From: a virus
Taxonomy: Duplodnaviria > Caudoviricetes
Strand: one strand, 5' to 3'
Virus record (IMG/VR): IMGVR_UViG_3300027522_000002
Location: 1 to 53,808 of that record
DNA length: 53,808 nt
Positions 1-8,828 of this stretch are shown here, piece after piece (the stretch's first letter is position 1; every line of letters begins with the position of its first letter). Under the pieces are notes generated by a model that was given only the letters and a program-made list of their open reading frames with translations, searched no databases and was not told the origin of the DNA. The translations under genes were made by a program, and so were the position numbers.

Positions 1-76
1 ACAAAAAGGCTTTGACAGGGAATGTAGAATCCGCGCCTGATCCAGGCCAAAAATTGCCGAAGACCGTTTCACCAGT
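1..76. repeat. Terminal direct repeat, copy 1 (circular assembly overlap)
   Basis: 1-76 is identical to 53733-53808; 76 = k-1 for k=77; the junction falls inside a continuous ORF. Confidence 0.97.
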
Positions 77-310
77 AGTCGAAGAGACATACTCGCATCC
101 GCCAAAAACACCCACGATTGACACGTTACCACCGGCCGCAGCCTGTAGATCGTCAATCACACCACCAGCTAACGGGATAACCGCCATGCCGCTGAAGATT
201 GGGTTAGTGTTGCCGGCCGCAATTCTGTACTCAGTCATACCAGTAGAATTAGTCGATTGACCAATCTTACCAATGGGACGTAGCCCAAAAGCTCCGTTAG
301 AATTTGCCAT
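1..310 (-). CDS. 5' part of a 214-aa capsid-associated (decoration/auxiliary) protein spanning the circular junction
   Basis: ATG at 310 with a GAGG SD reads MANSNGAFGLRPIG... and continues in frame through the overlap into ...YDDPNQ at 53398-53736; it lies immediately upstream of the MCP gene. Confidence 0.8.
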   Translation of the reverse strand, partial: MANSNGAFGLRPIGKIGQSTNSTGMTEYRIAAGNTNPIFSGMAVIPLAGGVIDDLQAAAGGNVSIVGVFGGCEYVSSTTGETVFGNFWPGSGADSTFPVKAFL

Positions 311-326
311 AATAGCACCTCAAAAA

Positions 327-788
327 TTACTCGGAGTCTCTTCGTGAGCCTCCGAAGGATACACGACTTTGCCGACTATTGGTTATCGGCATAGAAGGAT
401 GTTGGTCCTTCATTAAATCCTGATCGACTGATACCATTTGTTCGCGGGTCCGGGTCCCGTAATACTCGGATCTTTCATTGGCGGTTTCGACAGGTATGCG
501 ACACAACATAAGTCCCCCTTGCCCGATGATTCCCTCAAAACGACCTTCGTCAATTGTGGGGGCTTCGTAGTCTGGATACTCGTCCTTACGAACAGGTTCC
601 CATCCTTCGCGTAGTTTAGTGTTGACGTTCATCTTATCGTCTTCACCACGCATTGCGGTACGAATCCAACGATGCACATAGCCCTCTGGGGCGTCAGGTG
701 CAGCAAGGCGGCTGGGCGGAGCCCAAGGTTTTCTGCGAGTTTCTGTTTCTCGAGTTGCGTTTTTTCGCGGTGTTCGGTTGTCAGTCAT
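327..788 (-). CDS. Conserved head-module protein
   Basis: 153 aa, WIR...LREGWEPV; located between the scaffold and capsid genes. Confidence 0.75.
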   Translation of the reverse strand: MTDNRTPRKNATRETETRRKPWAPPSRLAAPDAPEGYVHRWIRTAMRGEDDKMNVNTKLREGWEPVRKDEYPDYEAPTIDEGRFEGIIGQGGLMLCRIPVETANERSEYYGTRTREQMVSVDQDLMKDQHPSMPITNSRQSRVSFGGSRRDSE

Positions 789-792
789 TTTA

Positions 793-1695
793 TCAATCCT
801 TCACAAATTTAGCGTATTCTTCAAGAGGTACGCCTAGCTTTTTAGCAATCGCAACTTGTGAGTGCGTTAACTTGACCGTCCTGCGCCCCTGTTTAGTACT
901 GCGGGATGCGGAGTTGCCAGCGGATGCGACCTGACTACCTCCTCCCGATCTTTTCGCGGGTTGGAACTTGTGTGGAAATTCCGACCTGATGCGTTTATCC
1001 ACTTCAGTATAGTACTCAGTTGACTCTGAGTCAAACCCCTCATCGTTAGTCAACTGTGAGTGGATTGCAAATGCTGCGGCAGTCATCACCTTATCTTCAC
1101 CGAACCAAGTGTTCTTAGCCGCCCATTTCTCCGCTTGAGGATCTGCTTGAGGTCTTTGCTGCTGCTGCTGCTGTTGAACAGGCTGGACTTGTTCCTGCGG
1201 TTGAACTTGAACCTTCGCCTGCTGCTCTTGCCGAGACTTAGCGGTGTTGTATCGAGCCTGCTCATTAGTAACTTGAGCTAAAGCCTGCTGCGCTTCCACC
1301 ATCTTGTCGGTGTCACCATTTTCGTAGGCTTCTTTGTAGATTCTCTTAATCTCTTCAGTCTGCGCCTGCAGACGAGTGCCAAACTCAGATAGATACCCAG
1401 TGTCTAAAGCCTGCATTCGGGTCTTTAGCTGTTTATTTTCATTAATCAATTCTTGTGATAAACGAACAGCTTCAGATTTATCTCGCTCTTCTTTGCGATA
1501 CTTTTCAGTCAGTTTTTTAATTCTGGACTGAACCCCTTTACTATAACTGTCGAGCTCTTCGTCCCCGTTAGAAGTCTCTACTTTTGTTTCTGGGGTAGTT
1601 TCCCCCGAGGCACTCTCAGACTCAGGTTCAGTGTCAATATACACTTGCTCCTGTTCTTGATCTTCGGCCACCATTTTTTCTTCTGACATAATCAT
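793..1695 (-). CDS. Putative capsid scaffolding protein
   Basis: Acidic, coiled-coil, Q-rich linker, basic C-terminal helix (IAKKLGVPLEEYAK); upstream of the capsid genes. Confidence 0.7.
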   Translation of the reverse strand: MIMSEEKMVAEDQEQEQVYIDTEPESESASGETTPETKVETSNGDEELDSYSKGVQSRIKKLTEKYRKEERDKSEAVRLSQELINENKQLKTRMQALDTGYLSEFGTRLQAQTEEIKRIYKEAYENGDTDKMVEAQQALAQVTNEQARYNTAKSRQEQQAKVQVQPQEQVQPVQQQQQQQRPQADPQAEKWAAKNTWFGEDKVMTAAAFAIHSQLTNDEGFDSESTEYYTEVDKRIRSEFPHKFQPAKRSGGGSQVASAGNSASRSTKQGRRTVKLTHSQVAIAKKLGVPLEEYAKFVKD

Positions 1696-1700
1696 GTCTC

Positions 1701-2189
1701 CTATACTTGCTTAACATCGTCTGGCTCAAGAAGAGTCGCGATAACTTCATCATCATTGATGATGCGAACTTCCCCTCCATCGATCTTAAATCTAGAACCC
1801 GAGTAACGGCCAATACATACCCATTGACCTTCTTTGCACCAAGGCTGCGGATTTGGGCCAAACTTGGCCGAATCCCTGTAAGCCAAGGGGCCAAGACGCA
1901 TAACGTAGGCCACAACCGTAGCCACCGTTTCACGTTCTCGAACTTCGTCTGGGATATAAAGACCCGATGCTGTCTTGGCTTTGCCTTGGTACGGCATAAC
2001 CAAAAGACGCCAACCTGTCGGCTGCGGCAATCGATCGAGCAATGGTTTTTCTAAAAGGTTTGGGTCTAACACCCGGTCTTCTGATGTCACATACGCGCTA
2101 TCCAAAGACGAAGATGGGGCTGCGGTTGCAGCTTTCTCTTTGTTCATTTTCTGCGCAACGGAATCAGGAAGATATAAAGTCTTCGACAT
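1701..2189 (-). CDS. groES: GroES/Cpn10-like co-chaperonin
   Basis: PTGWRLLV, mobile loop TASGLYIPD, and YSG...IDG.EVRIINDDEVIA. Confidence 0.85.
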   Translation of the reverse strand: MSKTLYLPDSVAQKMNKEKAATAAPSSSLDSAYVTSEDRVLDPNLLEKPLLDRLPQPTGWRLLVMPYQGKAKTASGLYIPDEVRERETVATVVAYVMRLGPLAYRDSAKFGPNPQPWCKEGQWVCIGRYSGSRFKIDGGEVRIINDDEVIATLLEPDDVKQV

Positions 2190-2376
2190 CGTCTACGTTT
2201 CTTTCCAGCAGGGTCTTGATTTCTTCTCTAGCAAGAGAGAGTCCCCGTATCTCTCCGACAGACATTTTGTATTGCTCCCAATCCTTCACAGCACCGAGAG
2301 AAAGAGCATTTGCAATATCTTTTTCACGCTCTTCAATTTTCTTGTATAGATGTTTTGCCAAGTCTACAACATCCAT
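2164..2376 (-). CDS. Hypothetical protein (70 aa, helical)
   Basis: Start chosen at ATG 2376, which forms a TAATG overlap with the upstream stop. Confidence 0.7.
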   Translation of the reverse strand: MDVVDLAKHLYKKIEEREKDIANALSLGAVKDWEQYKMSVGEIRGLSLAREEIKTLLERNVDDVEDFISS

Positions 2377-2735
2377 TATAGTATGTCCTTGTATTCTTCT
2401 TGTGCTTCCGATGTAATCGGGCCACCGCTGGCCCATATGTCACAGACATACTCTGTGGAACATACAAATTTCAGAACTTGACAGTACCCTAAGTCCCCTG
2501 AGTCTGTTTCGATGCAATTCATTATCTCATCCGTTTGGTTATAGTTGGCACAAATCCCACAATACTCATCCGTGTCCGCTTCACGGTAGTTATGCTCATA
2601 CTCCGCCATATCCATGTTTTCCATATTGGCGTCAGGATCTTGAGTCGGCAAAGGACAAGTGTACCCTTGTTCTGTTTCTTCCATTTTATCGACGGGCATA
2701 CCGTCTGGTAAAATAGTGATCATTATCGTAGTCAT
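2376..2735 (-). CDS. Acidic Cys-rich protein with HiPIP-like Cys spacing
   Basis: CxxC...GYC-x12-CxxW; GGAGG-like SD (GAGGAAGG). Confidence 0.6.
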   Translation of the reverse strand: MTTIMITILPDGMPVDKMEETEQGYTCPLPTQDPDANMENMDMAEYEHNYREADTDEYCGICANYNQTDEIMNCIETDSGDLGYCQVLKFVCSTEYVCDIWASGGPITSEAQEEYKDIL

Positions 2736-2757
2736 GTTGGGTCCTTCCTCAAGTGGT

Positions 2758-3369
2758 CTATTTTAACCAAGCATAGACCTTGTTCGTCTCTTTAATTCTA
2801 TGATCCAACCCCGTATATCCGCCGTTTATTTTTCGAGTTAGACGTTTAATTGTGTCATCGTTAACACCTTCGTCACAGATTTTCCACAGGTTGTTGGATT
2901 TAAAGAACCAGACTCCTGTGTCAAAGGCATAATCTTCTTCCAAAAGTGAGGGATCTGTCATCACCTCTGGAACTCGCATGTCTGTGGCAAAAGCTTTAAC
3001 GTTGTTATACCCGGTCAACTGAAGAAATCCACGACCTATCCACTTGTGGCCTTCGCCCTCGGGAATGCCCATACGACCACTGTACACCTTGTCCGCCAGT
3101 GCTTTAGGGTTTCGTTCATAGGGCTTTGCGCTCTCTTCTGTGGGAAAACGGCTAGGCCAAACCTTCATCATTGCGTCAACACTATAGTTCAAGTTTTCAC
3201 GAACATACTTAAACGTACCAGATTCATGGATAATTTGACCCAACAGATGAGCCCCGCGTTCTGGGGATAGCTCGTAATGCTCTGCGATACCTCGAGCCGT
3301 GTTCGGTCCAAAAGATCCGTCCGGTGTACACCCGCATTTTTTCTGCAGTATCTTTAGAGCGTCACTCAT
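2758..3369 (-). CDS. Endolysin, GH19 (chitinase-like) with short N-terminal peptidoglycan-binding segment
   Basis: HES...ENLNYS, GRGFLQLTG, INGG.GL..R; N-terminal LQ...DG.FGP.T. Confidence 0.9.
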   Translation of the reverse strand: MSDALKILQKKCGCTPDGSFGPNTARGIAEHYELSPERGAHLLGQIIHESGTFKYVRENLNYSVDAMMKVWPSRFPTEESAKPYERNPKALADKVYSGRMGIPEGEGHKWIGRGFLQLTGYNNVKAFATDMRVPEVMTDPSLLEEDYAFDTGVWFFKSNNLWKICDEGVNDDTIKRLTRKINGGYTGLDHRIKETNKVYAWLK

Positions 3370-3544
3370 TTTCGTTCACCTCAACTATTGTTTGAACACA
3401 TGCAACCGTGATGTTAATCTGAGTGATCATCACCCTTGCTTTCTCTTGCTCCTGTAGACAAAGAGCCTTGCTTTCGTATGCGCCTAGTTGAAAGTACTGC
3501 AACCCGTGTAGGTTAGTTACAGTCAGCCAGACTAAAATCCACAT
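3362..3544 (-). CDS. Small membrane/secreted protein of the lysis cassette
   Basis: Hydrophobic N-terminus, two Cys, overlaps both neighbours. Confidence 0.6.
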   Translation of the reverse strand: MWILVWLTVTNLHGLQYFQLGAYESKALCLQEQEKARVMITQINITVACVQTIVEVNENE

Positions 3545-3933
3545 TATTTATTTCGGCCAAAGAACTTGGTAGCGGATCTCACGGCGAAGCTACTTGCTAC
3601 GATCACACCTAACGTATATTGATACCACTCGGGCATATTGGACAACGCACCGAAACCATCCGCCACAGCCGTTCTGCCCCACTCCCCGGTGAACGAAAGT
3701 ATAAGAGGTATACTAAAAAGTATTACCAAATACTCGTCCTTCCAACTGTTCTGCGTACCTTGGGCCATGATCTTTTCCCAATCCGCTTCTGACGTGGCAG
3801 CAGACAACATAATTTTTGCTCTCGCGTCTGCCTCGCTAACCTTCATCCTCGTCTCGGCCTGCTTGGTTTCGACTTTCGAGTTCAACCAAGTCCCCGCCAG
3901 ATTTGCAATAGGTCCTAAAAATGCTTGTATCAT
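3544..3933 (-). CDS. Putative holin
   Basis: Two or three TM segments, SWKDE motif, basic C-terminus, near the endolysin. Confidence 0.7.
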   Translation of the reverse strand: MIQAFLGPIANLAGTWLNSKVETKQAETRMKVSEADARAKIMLSAATSEADWEKIMAQGTQNSWKDEYLVILFSIPLILSFTGEWGRTAVADGFGALSNMPEWYQYTLGVIVASSFAVRSATKFFGRNK

Positions 3934-4241
3934 TATTTTTTCCCCATGTTAGTTACGCCGAAGAACACTCCAACGATACCCGCAACACTGACAAAGTAAA
4001 CGCCAGCGATAGATGACAGGGCGGACACAGCCTCATGCAACCCACCCAAGGCCGTAACCATAATCGCAAACGGGTAAAGAAGCATTCCGCACAAAGCAAA
4101 CCAAACCATCTTGCGCTGTTGGTCCCGTTTGGAATCCTCATCGTCAAGCCGTCTGCGCCTGTCCTCATAGTCAAGAGCATCCCATTCGGACTTCTCCACT
4201 ACGCCACTTCCGTTAGTGTCAACTTTCTCAAACTCTGTCAC
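3933..4241 (-). CDS. EF-hand-loop plus two-TM membrane protein
   Basis: DTNGSGVVEKSE followed by two hydrophobic helices; GTG start with GGAG SD. Confidence 0.65.
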   Translation of the reverse strand: MTEFEKVDTNGSGVVEKSEWDALDYEDRRRRLDDEDSKRDQQRKMVWFALCGMLLYPFAIMVTALGGLHEAVSALSSIAGVYFVSVAGIVGVFFGVTNMGKK

Positions 4242-4374
4242 GGTTTTGTCTCCGTCTTGCGTAACTCAAAGCAATGTCTTTGTAGCGTGTTATTATAATG
4301 ATTTTCCCGTTTTTGTCTACAACAGACCAGTGCGGAGTCTTTACTCGGCCTATATAAGTCACATAGATGTACAT
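4228..4374 (-). CDS. Small hypothetical protein (48 aa), not in ORF track
   Basis: MYIYVTYIGRVKTPHWSVVDKNGKIIIITRY... fills the gap in the minus-strand operon. Confidence 0.45.
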   Translation of the reverse strand: MYIYVTYIGRVKTPHWSVVDKNGKIIIITRYKDIALSYARRRQNRDRV

Positions 4375-4395
4375 CAGAACCCATCCGGACTTGCA

Positions 4396-4866
4396 TTACC
4401 ACTTACCTTGATTTGCGCCAATAATGTACACAACAACAGCTAAGATGCCGAGCCCAGAAAAAGCCGCAGAAAGCCCAACTGCCCAGTTGATGCATTTGTC
4501 TATAAACTCCTGCTTGGCGTATACCAACTCCCGTTGTTCTTTACGTTGCTGGGCCTCGATCCTGACAATTTCTTCCCACGCTTTTGGCCCGTAATTCCAA
4601 CTGATAAACGCACGAATCTCCTCTCTCATTTCGTCTAGTTTTTTCTTTTGGGTCCATATCTCCAATGCGCTCGACTGAGTGTCAGTGAACATCTTATACA
4701 TTGGGGGTTTTTTAGCTTTGTCTTCTAAAAAGTTTAAATCACTGACAGCCTTACTCCACGACGATATGGATTTTGACATGTCACTTAGCTCTCGGCCAAG
4801 TTGAACGCTTTTCTTTATTCCGTTATAAGCAGCAGTTGCAGCCGCCATGGCAGTAAATGGATCCAT
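4396..4866 (-). CDS. Hypothetical membrane-anchored protein
   Basis: MDPFTAMAAATAA N-terminus, coiled coil, C-terminal TM. Confidence 0.75.
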   Translation of the reverse strand: MDPFTAMAAATAAYNGIKKSVQLGRELSDMSKSISSWSKAVSDLNFLEDKAKKPPMYKMFTDTQSSALEIWTQKKKLDEMREEIRAFISWNYGPKAWEEIVRIEAQQRKEQRELVYAKQEFIDKCINWAVGLSAAFSGLGILAVVVYIIGANQGKW

Positions 4867-4881
4867 AATTCAAACCCTAAC

Positions 4882-7362
4882 TTAGCCTCGCTGCAATTTC
4901 TGTCGCTGGATGTCGATGCGCTCACGATTAACCTCGTTCCGATTATCCGCAATTTCTTCTTGGCTTTCGATTCTCGCAGAGTCAGTGGTTGCACGTTGCT
5001 GCATTTTCTGGAGCTCAACCAACATCTGACCCTGATCTTCTTCCGTCTTACGAAGTAGATCTTTTTCTTTAATTTCCAACTCTTGCATACGAATCTGCAC
5101 CAGAGGATCGTCCATAGGGCTGTTGCCTTGAGGCATAAGCTGCGGCATCACCTCAGTCATTAACTGCTCCATCTGCATGGATATCAGTTTTTCCATCTGG
5201 GCTGGGTCTTGCATATCCTGCTGAACTTGCGCCATTTGTGCTTGAGCAGCCTGTGGATCAAGCTGTCCCGCGCTTACAGAGGCTTGCGCCTGCTTCATGA
5301 TCTCGGAAATCTCTGTCTCAACCATCATACGGGCCTTCTGAGATAGGTGCTCCATGACATGAGCATAAAACGTACCCATGACTGTCGGAGACGTCGACAC
5401 CAAGGGAGTCTTCATAAACATCAAGTGAATGCGGATGTGGGCATCGTGATCCTGATCTGGAAATGTTGTCAGAATCTCGCCCATTAACGCACGGGCGTTC
5501 TCGATAGCTGGATCCAAAGGCTTGGGTTGAGGAGGAGGGGGCAACACCTCATCAATATTCTGGACCTCAAGTGCTTGGTACATACGTTTGTACGCAGCGT
5601 GGAGGTTATGCATTTCCGGATTAGACTGCGCCAATTGCAACTGCGTTTGTGCCAAGGTTACGCGCTGGGCCATCGAGAATATGTTGGGGTCACTGACCGG
5701 AACAACATCAACACGATTGTCAAAGTCCGAAGCCATGATCTGACGTTCGCCGCCTTGAACATCGTAAGGGTATTCTTGGGGCAGATTGTCTCTGAATATC
5801 CTAGCTAACACTCGGAACTCTTGCTTCTGAGCATAGTGCAGACGTTTGTGTATAGCGGACATAACTTTCATGCCGCGCTCTAGGAGAGCCACAGTGGTCC
5901 CTACAGGGGCTTGAGAGTTAGCATCGCCTGTCTGTTGGTCAGCAAGCTGTACGAAGCGTCTACCGCCCTCTATGAGCGTCCCAAGTAGGTTTGCGAGAGT
6001 TCCCGAAGGCTCTTTGTACGGAAGCGGGATAATTGCATCCCGTATGTTTCCACCAGGAGCGTCAATATCTCGCCATTCTCCGGGCTGTAAGGGCTCATCG
6101 TCATTCCGAACCCTTACACCCCGAGCCTTGAAGCCAGCGGGGAGGTTCGCCAGCGTTCCGGCATCGATCAACTGGCGAAGAATACTTGTAGCCGCACGAC
6201 CCAATCCACCAATCATGTGAATTAAACCAAAGCCATAGAATCCCAAACCAGGCATAAACTTGTAGTGAACAAAGTACTGCTGCTTCTTGGCAAGAGGACT
6301 GTCTTCTTCAAAGTTTCTGCGAATAGACAGAATGTGTCCCGAGCCTTCATCAACAGAAACAATATACGGGAGAGCAATTCCAGTAGGCTCTCCGTCCGGA
6401 GACATATCCTCGAAACCCTCGATATCTAAATCGACGTGCATTTCTAAAATAGTGTATATATCGTCCATGTATGTTTTGGACGTGCCTTGAATCTCGTCAA
6501 CTTTTTGACGGACCTCATCAGCATCGCCCTCAAAGGTGCTTAACTCTACATCACGGTACATCCCCGCAATCTGCAACTTGCGTATGGCATTAGCATCCAT
6601 TTTAAGAACGTGGGTAACCCTAGAAGCGGTAGCCAAGTCCGATGCTGCGTAGGGTACAACCAAGTCTTGCGCAGGAATAAACTGAGCGACAGCCCGTTGT
6701 TTAGCCTCATCGTAGTAAACTTTTTTGAAACATGATCCCGAAAGTGGTAAATAAAACAGAAGCTGATCCATATCCGGATCAAACTCTTCCATGACTTCCA
6801 TGATCTGGTAGTTCATGTAGTTCTTAACTCGAGTAGCCTGCTCTTCTCTCTCGGCATCCTGTAGACCAAGTACCTGTGTCTTGACAGGGCCACCGGACGG
6901 TAGGAGCTCCTTGTAAGCCTGTGCTTGGAATTGGGTAACACTCTCCGCTATAAGCGGGTGAGTGACGCCTGACGCGCCTGCAAACGGCTGTGTGCGCTCC
7001 ATGTACTTAATGCCAAGTTGATCCAAGCCTTTAGTGTAAGCTTCCTCCCACTCAGACCTAGACTCCATGTCATCTTCGAAAGACTGACGAAGCTCAGAAG
7101 AAAGCTCTCCTAAGTAACCATCCTCGAGATGATCCGCCAAGTTAACGGAGTGTTCTAGGGGCTCTTCCATGACTTCCCCGTTAAGAGAGTCCAGAAGAGA
7201 TTGGATAACTGCGCCACCTTGGCCGTCTTCTATAACCTCGGCCCCGCCTTCAAACGCCTCGGGCTCCATTACATCTATATTAACAGACGCCTCGCTGGGC
7301 ATCATGTCTTCCATTGTAATTCCAGCATCTACTGGGCCCATTGGGCGAGGTGGCAAAGCCAT
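4882..7362 (-). CDS. Portal protein (P22-like, long Q/M-rich C-terminal barrel)
   Basis: 826 aa directly after terL; HPLIAESVTQFQAQAY and PGLGFYGFGLIH; coiled-coil tail. Confidence 0.9.
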   Translation of the reverse strand: MALPPRPMGPVDAGITMEDMMPSEASVNIDVMEPEAFEGGAEVIEDGQGGAVIQSLLDSLNGEVMEEPLEHSVNLADHLEDGYLGELSSELRQSFEDDMESRSEWEEAYTKGLDQLGIKYMERTQPFAGASGVTHPLIAESVTQFQAQAYKELLPSGGPVKTQVLGLQDAEREEQATRVKNYMNYQIMEVMEEFDPDMDQLLFYLPLSGSCFKKVYYDEAKQRAVAQFIPAQDLVVPYAASDLATASRVTHVLKMDANAIRKLQIAGMYRDVELSTFEGDADEVRQKVDEIQGTSKTYMDDIYTILEMHVDLDIEGFEDMSPDGEPTGIALPYIVSVDEGSGHILSIRRNFEEDSPLAKKQQYFVHYKFMPGLGFYGFGLIHMIGGLGRAATSILRQLIDAGTLANLPAGFKARGVRVRNDDEPLQPGEWRDIDAPGGNIRDAIIPLPYKEPSGTLANLLGTLIEGGRRFVQLADQQTGDANSQAPVGTTVALLERGMKVMSAIHKRLHYAQKQEFRVLARIFRDNLPQEYPYDVQGGERQIMASDFDNRVDVVPVSDPNIFSMAQRVTLAQTQLQLAQSNPEMHNLHAAYKRMYQALEVQNIDEVLPPPPQPKPLDPAIENARALMGEILTTFPDQDHDAHIRIHLMFMKTPLVSTSPTVMGTFYAHVMEHLSQKARMMVETEISEIMKQAQASVSAGQLDPQAAQAQMAQVQQDMQDPAQMEKLISMQMEQLMTEVMPQLMPQGNSPMDDPLVQIRMQELEIKEKDLLRKTEEDQGQMLVELQKMQQRATTDSARIESQEEIADNRNEVNRERIDIQRQKLQRG

Positions 7363-8828
7363 TAGTAATACTCCCGTTTACGAGGAACAAAGTTTTCTTC
7401 CCCATCGTCCTCTCCGTTCAACGAGATAAACCCGCCTTGTCGAAAACGCATCAGTGCTAAAGTCATACTATCACAAAAGTCATCGTTGTCACCATTAGGA
7501 AATGAAACAACCTCTTCGATAACTTCATCCGCAAATTTCTTGTCGTGTGGGGCCCACACCATTCCAGATTCAAACATGGGGGCCACCATGTGCATTCGGG
7601 TAACCTTATCGTTTCCTTTGCCCGGAGAAAACCCTAAAGCTGGAATACCTTTTAGCCGAAGTTCTTGGATCAAAGGAGTACCTGTAGCTTTGGCCTCGAT
7701 AAGAACCATATCAGGCTCCCAATACTCGTATTCCTTAAACGCCTGCTCTTTTAACTCAGGGAAATTCCACCTTCCGCGCTGGGCATCAAGTAAAATAATA
7801 TGGTCCGGACCACCCTCCTCGGGTTTAAACACACCCCAAGTAGTAATCGCAGAATAATCCGCCGTTTCTTTCTTGGAAAACGCCGTGTCGTAAGACTGAA
7901 GAATGTAGTCTAGCCGAGGAACCGTCTCTTCCTCCCACCGTTTCCACCACTCGGTCTTAATAATCGCGGATGCGGAACCTGTTGGGTTCTGCTGCCACTG
8001 AGCGTTCCATTTTCCAACAGGCAACGAAGCTTTAATCGACAGCAGAGCGTCTTTTGCCCAGAACTCAGGCCACAACGGCTTGTCACTAGGCATAATCGCA
8101 GGAAATTCCACAACCTCCCACTGGTCAGACATCACATCGCTGCCCTGTTGGGCCAACAAACGGCCCGTCAAATCCTTTTTACCCCACCGAGTCATAACAA
8201 TTATGATGGCACCGCCCGGTTGAAGACGCTGGCGAGGACCAGAAGTGTACCACTCGTAGGCATTATCAAACGCAGATGCACTTAGGGCGTCTTGCTCCGA
8301 ATGAGGGTCATCAATGACAAGTAAATCCGCGCCACGGCCTGTGATAGCCGCTCCCACACCCGCCGCAAAGTACTCTGCACCCAAGTCAGTGCCCCAAGTA
8401 CCCGCTCCTTTATTGTCTTCTTTAAGGTTTGTGTTCGGAAATATAGTTTTGTACTCTGGATCATCAATTAAATCCCTTACTTTACGGCCAAAACGCACAG
8501 CCAACTCTGTGTTGTGAGTGGCTTGAATGATTTTTAACTTAGGGTTTCTACCTAGAAACCAAGCAGGCATCAAGTAAGACGCAAACTCGGACTTAGAATG
8601 ACGAGGCGGCATGTTTATAATCAAACGTTTGAGCTCTCCTCGCGCAACACGTTCAAGTTTTTCCGCAATAACTCGGTGATGCCGACCCTCGATGAAGTTA
8701 TCGTACACATGGTGGACAAAAGGCATGAAGTTCTCATGCGCTTTCTCCCTTAAATCCATGCGTTTCTTGGCCTCAGTTAAGGCCAAGATCTCCTTTAGAG
8801 CGTCCTCTGGTAGTGCCTGTAGGTTCAT
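7362..8828 (-). CDS. terL: Terminase large subunit
   Basis: Walker A MPPRHSKS, Walker B LLVIDDP, MTRW coupling motif, nuclease SYDTA and FPNGDNDDFCD. Confidence 0.97.
   Translation of the reverse strand: MNLQALPEDALKEILALTEAKKRMDLREKAHENFMPFVHHVYDNFIEGRHHRVIAEKLERVARGELKRLIINMPPRHSKSEFASYLMPAWFLGRNPKLKIIQATHNTELAVRFGRKVRDLIDDPEYKTIFPNTNLKEDNKGAGTWGTDLGAEYFAAGVGAAITGRGADLLVIDDPHSEQDALSASAFDNAYEWYTSGPRQRLQPGGAIIIVMTRWGKKDLTGRLLAQQGSDVMSDQWEVVEFPAIMPSDKPLWPEFWAKDALLSIKASLPVGKWNAQWQQNPTGSASAIIKTEWWKRWEEETVPRLDYILQSYDTAFSKKETADYSAITTWGVFKPEEGGPDHIILLDAQRGRWNFPELKEQAFKEYEYWEPDMVLIEAKATGTPLIQELRLKGIPALGFSPGKGNDKVTRMHMVAPMFESGMVWAPHDKKFADEVIEEVVSFPNGDNDDFCDSMTLALMRFRQGGFISLNGEDDGEENFVPRKREYY

Noticed and set aside
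1-76. Terminal repeat as a biological direct terminal repeat
   Set aside because: It falls inside a continuous gene and its length fits an assembler k-mer overlap.
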